Origin: Naegleria gruberi
Taxonomy: Eukaryota
Length of the DNA stretch: 64,000 bases
Assembly: GCA_000004985.1 (NCBI GenBank)
Contig: GG738872.1
Reading direction: 5' to 3' (one strand)
Shown here piece after piece: positions 55,401-64,000 of the stretch. The notes under the pieces were generated by a model. It saw nothing but the letters and a program-made list of their open reading frames with translations. It was not told where the DNA came from and ran no database searches. Numbering within the stretch: position 1 is the first letter of the stretch; each line of letters opens with the position of its first letter. The translations under genes and the position numbers were made by a program.

Positions 55401-58400
55401 ACCAAAACAAGTAATAAAAGTATTTACACATTTACGGTATTGAGAAGTAACATTACGAACAGAACCACAAGTAGTTTCATAATGCTCGAGAGTTGGACAA
55501 TCTTGATCGACCAAGCATTCATAAGAACAGAAACCATTCAAACAAACTGAAAGTCCATTCGAATAACATTGAGTTTCATTCGAACAAGGAACAGCAGTAC
55601 AACTTTCTTGAACACAAAGTGGTTTTGTAACGTTATAACAATGAGAATTAGTGAGACACTCCTTTCCACATTGTTTGTAAGTGAATCCATTTGAAAATTC
55701 ATGGCAATAGGTCTTATCTTGATATAACAAGGCACAATCATCGTTAGTTTCACATTCGAAACCACAAGTACCATCATCAGAACAATTAGAATAACCAGTA
55801 ATATTCAGAGAGACACAATCAGAACTAGAAGAGCAAACATTTGGAACACAGGTGTTGTTTTGACAAGAAGTTTGATACATTTCATAAATTAATGGATTCA
55901 AACAATCACTATCTAATGCACATTGCTTAATTTCACATCGGTCTCCAGTAAATAAAGAACCACATTTACAATATTCAGTACCGTTTTTGATTCTACAAAT
56001 ACCTCCATTGTCACATGTCTTTGTGCATGGAAGAACTGTTTGACATTGCGTTCCAGTGAAGGATTCACCACATTGACACTTGTCTAAACCGATACATGCA
56101 CCATTTCCGTTACAAGCAGTATCAATTGATTTACCAAAACAGGTAAAAACTTCACAATCAGTTCCAGAGGATCCTGTAAAGCAGCTACATTTTGGATCTT
56201 CAAATTTAGAACTACTTGTCAAACCAGTTCTACAGTAACCATTTCCACTACAAACGCTACTGTCATTTGCTAGCTTTCCAGTACAATTAACTTGACATGC
56301 ACTTAAGGAATTTCCAGCTGTTTTGAAAGAATATCCAGAACAACTAATTGGATAGAGTTCATAAATATTACTTCCCATAGAGTAGAAAACAGATGATGTC
56401 TCTCCAAGAGCAAGAGCTGAAGGTGTGCCTGCTAATGATGAAGCAATTGAGTAAGGAATTGTTGACATTCCAATAGTATATAACATAATGTTCGTACCAG
56501 CGACAATGTAAAGAATACCATTTTTGGTTACTTTCATATATTCAACAGATGATGAAGTGGTGAAACTGTAATCAACTGAATTGTAACCCTTATAGGCAGA
56601 GACAGTTGTTGTGTAGGACACAAATGGTTTTCCATAAATGGCCATTCTACCACCAGGTTTTCCACTAAGAACTCCACCAACAGGACCGTCATTGAAAAGT
56701 GAATCAACATTACCATATTGCACGTCACCTTCTCCTGAAAGACGTCCGGCAACATAAACGACAGTATCATCTTCATTCAATGTTATAGAGCTGGTTCTCC
56801 AAAAACTGAATTTTCCACCTACTCTGCTCTTGGTAACCAAATCATATCTGAAAACGAAACAGGAAGTTGTAGAAAAGTCCTTCCTGACAGAATAATACAT
56901 GTATCTTCCATTCTTACTGATGGCCATATTGTAAAATGTGTAACTGGTTGTTAGAATTAAGGTTTTGGTTCCACTAGCAGTCATTGAAACAATTTCGGTA
57001 TCGAACATTATATAATAAACACCATTGACATATGCCATGTCAACAATGGTGGCACCAGCACTCAATACTTGTTTGGAGGCATAATTGTAGTAACCAGTAT
57101 GAACTGGCCAGTATGTTGGTAAAACTTGACATGTGTTAGGACCTATACATTTCAATCCATCACAAACTGAACCAATATTTGAAGAATTACTCAAGACTCC
57201 ACTGCAGGAGGTAACATCACAATTAGATCCAATCCAACCTTCCTTACATTCACAATTGTTCATTCCGACACATTTACCATTTCCAGAACAAGTATTCGAA
57301 ACTGTTTTAGGAATATTAGAACAACTATAAATATCACAAGCATCACCAAAATATCCACTCTTGCATGAACAATAAGGTTTCATAACATTAGTAATACATG
57401 TACCATTTCCACTACAGACATTGACATCTGATGCTAAAATACCATTACATTGTGGTTGGGAACAATTACTGCCTGTCCATCCTTGAGAACAGGAACAATT
57501 ATTATCAATACAAACACCATGACCAGAACAAACCAAAGTATTTGTACTAAGTAATCCATCACAGGTGTATGTACAAACTTCAGATGAATTAATGTATAAA
57601 CATTTGGCAGTTTCTGAACAGTTAGTATTGACACAAGGTTGTGAAAATTCACAATTACTTCCAGAACGACCAGTGTTACATTTACAATTATTCATTGAGG
57701 TACAAACACCTTCTCCAGAACAAACACCTTGACTAGAAGCTCCAACACCATTACAAGTGTGCTCACAAACATTTGGTCCAATACACTTGACATTAGTACC
57801 GTATTTGGCACATCCCAATGTTGATGTAGCAGAAATTCCAGAACATGTGAAATTGAGACATAATGAACCTTCATAACCATCGAAACAAGAACACTTGTCA
57901 GTTCTGACACAAGTACCATTTCCACTGCAAACACTTGGATTTGATGAGTTTTTACCATAGCAATACTTGAATTCACATTCAGAACCTGTATAACCAGAGA
58001 AACATGAGCAAGCAGAATATAAAGGAGTTGAACTAGTTGACTGTCCAAGTTCTGCATTGAAAACTGTTACAGTTGAGCCAACATTAATTGCACATGATCC
58101 TCCTCCATTACAAACATTAGAATCGGATGATATTAAACCATTACATGTAACATCACATGTTGTTTGATCCACTACAGCATTTTGTGAACATCCAGTGACT
58201 GTAAGCTTTCTTACTACATTACTAGAATCAGTAAAGTAAATATTTCCATATTCATCAAAAGTCATTTCATAAGAGTAAAGTTGAGCAGAAAGAGCTGGAC
58301 CGTTATCACCAGTATTTCCATTGGTACCTATACCTGCAATTGTCAATTCAGTGTTAGGAATATATTTTCTAATTGTATTACCGTAATAGGTAAATACTTC

Positions 58401-61353
58401 TCCTTTTGAATTGAACTTGAAGTAACTATTTTTAAATATGTAGGAAGTAACTGTGGTTGCTGTGGATGGTGTCTTGGTTACATCCCAAGATTTAAGTGTA
58501 TTCGCATTTAGATGATATATTTTACCATTATAGTAATCAATTGTGCCAGAAGTTATAGTTTTATCACATGTCTGAGTTAATGAAGGAGGGACAGTACAAA
58601 AACCTAAATTTGAAGACAGGAAGTAGTATGTGTCAGTTTCAGGGTTGTAGGCCAATGAATACATGGAATAGTAGCTTGTCATTGTTGTCAATTTTGTAGC
58701 TGTTCTACTGGCAAATGAATATCTATAAATATTGTTTGCAAAATCAGTTCCTTTACACATGAAAGCAAGATCTCCATTCTTATCAACAATTAAATTAAGC
58801 ACAGGTTCACAAGAAAGGGTAACAAGTGTGTATATTAAACCATTACTAATGGTTCTAATTCTCTTGTTGTTGCCTTCTGAAACATAAACTGAACCATTCT
58901 TGTAAACGATGCCTTGAACACCATAACCAACAGCAGAAATGGCTGGTTGACCATCTCTTGTATAAGATAAAGTACCTGTTCCCGCAATGTTTGTAACTTC
59001 TTTGGTCAATTGATTGTAGGATTTTACATAATTTCCATTGATGAAAAGGTATTCACCACTCTTATAGGATGGGGTAATAAAAGAACTTCCAGTTGGAATT
59101 GAGAAAATTGTTCTAATGATATTATCCTGGAGGGAAATTGATCGAACATTACCATTAGAATCTGAGAACATGAGACTGCTACCATCTGTTGAAGCATATA
59201 ACGTTGTAATATTTGAACAAGATGCATTAAGGGCTGGACCTTCATCTCCTAGAACTGTAGCTGTTGGATCACAGGCTAATCTTCTTACATAATTACTACC
59301 CCCAGTAGATTCCATTTTGAAAATAACTCCAAAGTTGACAAAGTAAACAGTGTTCATTATTGAGGTAATTAAGGAAGTTGCGCAAATATTAGCATTCAAA
59401 GCTAATTTATCCTGTACAGAACTAATACCACTTCCACAAGTACCAGATCCAACATAAGTTGATACACCATTGGTAGAATCATCAATTTTGAGGATCTTGT
59501 TGCCTTCAGTTACAACAAAAATCAGAGACGAATTTCTATTGGAAGCGATCATTTTGATTGTTGTACCAGAAAGCATGGTTGCATATACTTCACCTGTGGA
59601 AAAACAAGTAGCACAAGCATATTTAACGATGGACTTTGCAGGGTACGCCTTGTAAATGGTGTCTATGGTGGCCACATATGCAAGATTCTTTGAGACTGTT
59701 AAAAATTTACAACTGGAACAGGAGATTGTTTTCAATACGCCTGCTACGATTGGTTTTACATAGTTATCAGAATCGAGAATATAGGTTGCTTCAGGAGTTG
59801 CATAAGCAGCAATAACACCAGTCATTTTCACTGTCAATGGATCGCCAGTGGTTGGTTCACTGGTATATGAGAATGCAACCTTGTCAATTTTGTAATTAAA
59901 CAAGGAACCACCACACTTTCTAAAATCTATACATGTTTCACATTTTGTTCCATTGAAACCTTCATTACAAACACAAGTATTTTCACCCATACATGTTCCT
60001 TTACCAGAACAAACTTTAGCACTGGTTTCAACAATACCAAAACAAGTATTATGTTTTTGTGAACAATTGGATCCATAATGTGGAGAGGTACATTCACAAT
60101 TATCTGTTGCAATACACTTTCCATTACCAGAACAAACATTAGAGTTATTAGAAAGAATGCCATCACATCTATGAACACAAATTTCTACACCTTTAGAATA
60201 AGAACATTCATTACATGCGGAACATGGTCGAGAGAATTCACACTCATCACCAAATCTACCATTGGAACATGAACAATTATTTTCAGCAACACAAACACCT
60301 TCTCCAGAACAAACATTTGGACTAGATGCTCCTACAGCATAACATGTATGTTCACAAACATCTGGACCAATGCACTTAACTTCTGAACCGAATTCACTAC
60401 AAACATCTGGCAATGCTCCAGAAACATTGAAGCATATATAATCTGTACATTGTGGACCAGACCAACCTTCATTACAGGAACAATTATTTGAGGAAATACA
60501 TGTTCCATTTCCTCCACATACAGTTGGATCACTATCTGCCTTATTAAAACAGTGAATAGTTGTACAATCAGAACCATAAAATCCTGAATCACAATTACAT
60601 GTGGTACTAGTATTTGAAGTAATAGCACAAATACCATTACCACCACAAACAGTAGGATCTGATTCAGACAATCCATTACAGGTAATTTCACATGTTGTAC
60701 TATTGACATATGAGTTATCCATACATCCAATAACAGAGAGCTTTCTAACAACATGATTAAATCCTTCACACATGAAAATGTCACCAAATTCATTAAATGC
60801 CAATGATCTAACACCATCAACAAGAGCTTTTGTGGAAGGTCCACCATCACCTGAATAGCCATATGCATCTCCACCAACAAGTGTAAATTTTCCACCATTA
60901 GCATACTTTACAACATCACTAGAAGAATACAGAAACATTTCTCCTCTAGAGTTGAATTGAATACCAGAATAGGAGGATGAAACAATCATAATCTCTTGAG
61001 TTGAGAATGNNNNNNNNNNNNNNNNNNNNNNNNNNNNNNNNNNNNNNNNNNNNNNNNNNNNNNNNNNNNNNNNNNNNNNNNNNNNNNNNNNNNNNNNNNN
61101 NNNNNNNNNNNNNAAGAGTTCCATTTGATCCAATTGACAGAATAGATGGACCATCAGTTACATAGAGAGTCCCATTCTTGTAAACCACACCACCACCCCA
61201 TGCTGTTTTAGTTGTTGCAATGGTTGAAATATTGAACTTGAACATGGTACCACCACATTCGTAATTGTTTTCACACGCTTCTTGTGCTCTTACCTTGCAA
61301 TAGCAAAGTAAGGTTACCAAAGCAAAAAGGAGAAATTGTAGAATCCTTTTCAT
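46500..61353 (-). CDS. giant (>4,900 aa) type-I secreted/TM adhesion-like protein: signal peptide, NHL propeller + tandem EGF modules (x3), long array of novel Cys-rich repeats, laminin/tenascin-type EGF run, REJ/PKD-like Ser/Thr-rich region, single TM, short tail; interrupted by assembly gap
   Basis: ATG at 61353 with signal peptide MKRILQFLLFALVTLLCYCKVRA. A single ORF of 4,884 codons runs from 46500 to 61154, and a 135-codon N-terminal ORF is separated from it only by N(104). NHL motifs (GDIFMCEGFNHVVRKLS) are followed by runs of 8-10 EGF-like units (C.C..G..G..C). A repeat array of about 1,600 aa has the pattern C..[ED]C..[ND].DC. There is a REJ-like stretch (LDASGSVSLDRRSLIFTWS) and a TM helix LVALILLAIPVFALVAVVIAVIYLL at about 46566-46650. 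No intron was detected. Confidence 0.8.
61010..61113. other. assembly gap (104 N)
   Basis: A run of n characters inside the giant gene's N-terminal NHL region. Confidence 0.99.
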
Positions 61354-62367
61354 CTTGTGTTGTTTTTTTTCAAATCAAAGTTGTTTTAGAGCGCGAAATA
61401 AGGTTTAATAAGGCAAACGAATCCAACACAACAATCAATAGAAAAACACATGTGCATGTTGAGTATTTCTTCTGCAACACAACAGGAGATAGATTCGCAA
61501 CGACAATTGCCTAGCATTACAATGTCAAAATACAGTGCATTTTGGTGAGAATGTTTATTTGGCACTGAAGGTTTGGAATGGAACTGAAGGATACACATGG
61601 AAATAGAGGAGCAGAAGCATTGAATGTACTCATCACTCAAAATTATTCAACAAGTAGCCAGTGTTTGAACGAGCCCTAATTTTGGACTTTATGTCCATAC
61701 TACTTTTGGACATGCCATCTCTTGTTGATTTGAAAGTTTGATTTTAATCACCTTTTTATTTCCTAATTCATCCTTCAGTTCCTCATTAACTTTTTGTTAG
61801 ATGAAGAGAGCACCTTAATACAAAACCAAAGTAGTATTGAATTCGCATCACTTTTTTATAATATATATTAATACCTCAACTAATCCTTATTCAACCTTCA
61901 GTTCCTCATTTAGGTTTGGATGTGTGGAGCGTAAGGCCAATTATTAGTAACCTTCGTGTATTCAAGTGCATTCTTCATTAATTTTGTGTGTTAAAAATAA
62001 TTTCAACAAACAAAATAATAGTGTTAACATGTTTCTGTGTGTTGTTTGAGCATGTATCACATTTCAAGAGTCAATACCTGGGATGAACTCAAATTAAGAG
62101 CTGTATGACATCAATGTACATGCTATGTGTTCAACATCTTAACAAATGAATCAAGTGTTTGGTCATTAATACAATGGACTTGCAAGTGAAATATTCCCTC
62201 ATGGCACATGTATTCTATTTTACATGGTGTGTTGCTTATTAATAAGAATCGAGAGAAATGCTCTGGTTCATGTTACGATGATCTTCCATATGGCATTTGA
62301 AACGGTGTTGATACTTGGAATAATTGTGAACATAGTATTCTGAGAATTGTAAGGAAATGAAATCAAT

Positions 62368-64000
62368 TTACTTTATACTGTTAAAAACAAACTCGATTTC
62401 AGCCATAGTTTTTGAAAGATATTCTTCTTCATATACAACTGTTTGTTTCAGCCTTCCAAAAGCCTCCAGTAAATTAAGTGTTACAATTTGAAAATGGCTT
62501 TGATTATTGGACCCATTTCCAAAGTTAGACAGTGGTGCAAAATGTTGAGGGTACTTTTCACATAGCTCCACATCATCGGATTTGGGATTTTTAGACATGA
62601 GGAGATATAATTCTAATAAATCAGCTCTAAACTCTCTTGTCAGGAACTTTTTCATTATATCAATACAGACCGTTCCATCACTGAAAGTTTTTGAGAGAAA
62701 CAAATCCATTTCTTCTTGTTGCGCCCCAAAATCTCCTACTACTGGTTGCTCTGTTTTGATAAAGGAGTAAACAATGAGAAAAACATTTTGTAGACTAAAC
62801 CCTGTTACCATTAATATTTTGGTGAAGCCATATAAAATATATCCAATGGTGTGGTTTATGTACATTCTGGATACTGGTCTAGTATAATCCAAAGCTGGTA
62901 TTGTGAAATATGAAATGTCTAATTGGGAAACAGCGTAATGAAGAAATGAAAAAAACATAGTTGGAATCAATACCAAGAATTCGACGTGGTACCCAAAAGA
63001 ATCATCATAGAGAAAGAACCATCTTAGAATTCTCCTCTTTTTCTTGAGCTTGCTCAAAAACTTTCTATTAAGGATAAAGTGAGCTATCAGCCCACTTCCT
63101 AACACTGAAAAATACACAACTGCCACAGAGATACAAATAGTGTCATAAATATAATTAACCAAAAATATGTTGGGGATAGAAGTCAATAGAAAACTGACAA
63201 TCACACCTTCACAAAGAATGACTGAAATAATAGAAATTAGAAATATGAATTTGGACATTAATACCTTTAAAATGATACTGTCCCTTTTAGAATAGTATTT
63301 AGCATAACAGTATCTACATGAATAATATCTCAAAGCTTGTAAAATAAGTAAAGATATCACTACAATAATTACAAGTTCTTCAATTAATGTATCCCACTCA
63401 GGGTCATAGTAAATTATATTCAAAATAATACTGGCCACACCCTGAGTAAGATACAATCCAGCACTAATAAATGGAATAATAAATCTACTCTTGATCATTT
63501 GATGATCTCTTTTAGCGAATAAGAGAATTAAAATAATAGAGAATTCGGCAACTCCAATGCATAATGCAGTCAATTTCCAACAATAGTATTGTGTTCTGGA
63601 ATTAAATGTAAAGGCATCACAGTCATCATGCCAATATGTGGAACCATGTTTAGTTGACAAAAGTGGAATATAATAGAACCTGTTACGTATTCAGGTAAAA
63701 AATTTTCTGGTTCAGGTGGAGAATACATGTCCACAAATACGAGATGTAATTGAACATCTGTTGTATCGGCTGGTACTACAATTGGAATTCTCATTTCCAA
63801 ACTTGTTAGGCTTGTTTCGTATTGTCTGTACTGTTGCCTGAGGGGTGTAAATTTCCATTCTGCTTTGGAAAGAAATAAATCTAATTGTTGATTTACAAAT
63901 CCATAAGAACATCCACCATTGAATTTAGCTTCGTTTCTTTTCAAGCAGAAGGCTTTTGGAAGTATTTCAAAATCCAAATCTCCAAACCTTTGATAATAAC
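62368..64000 (-). CDS. 7TM receptor with C-terminal RGS-like domain (7TM-RGS), N-terminal ectodomain; 5' end outside window; apparent frameshift near 63660-63706
   Basis: ORF 62368..63660 has seven hydrophobic helices followed by EEMDLFLSKTFSDGTVCIDIMKKFLTREFRADLLELYLLMSKNPKS.., which resembles an RGS box. The upstream ORF (63570..window end) is an N-terminal ectodomain, open to the window edge. The two frames overlap by about 90 nt with no phase-compatible GT..AG. Confidence 0.5.

Noticed and set aside
1-64000. Prokaryotic-style features (CRISPR arrays, operons, IS elements, integrases)
   Set aside because: None were seen. Gene spacing, introns and protein families are eukaryotic. No transposase- or reverse-transcriptase-like ORF was found.

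Overview
Gene-dense eukaryotic (protist) nuclear DNA, about 65% AT, with at least 23 protein-coding genes on both strands. Introns are few and short (43-125 nt); every intron I could define starts with GTAAGT, or GTAGGT in one gene. The ORF track clearly allows non-ATG starts, so I moved starts to the first ATG and rebuilt exon joins by eye. Recognisable genes include an FNT formate/nitrite channel, a DH-domain RhoGEF, RIOK1, a JMJD5/KDM8-like JmjC protein, mitochondrial ferritin, an RCC1-repeat protein, a UvrD-type SF1 helicase, an F-box/LRR protein, an ankyrin protein, an enkurin-domain (ciliary) protein and a 7TM-RGS receptor. Two further genes stand out. One is a receptor-type class III nucleotidyl-cyclase-homology protein with substituted catalytic residues. 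The other is a roughly 14.8-kb single-exon gene for a giant (>4,900 aa) secreted/TM protein built from NHL, EGF, novel Cys-rich and REJ-like repeats, interrupted by a 104-N assembly gap. The top finding is an uninterrupted 9.4-kb ORF encoding a complete bacterial-type cyclic beta-1,2-glucan synthase (GT84 glycosyltransferase plus GH94 phosphorylase-like domain; Cgs/NdvB/ChvB architecture). It sits between intron-containing eukaryotic genes and is therefore a probable ancient bacterium-to-eukaryote transfer. The gene content as a whole suggests an amoeboflagellate lineage, perhaps Naegleria-like, but that is inference only. Three genes show apparent frameshifts with no canonical intron. Together with the N gap, that points to draft-quality assembly or to pseudogenes.
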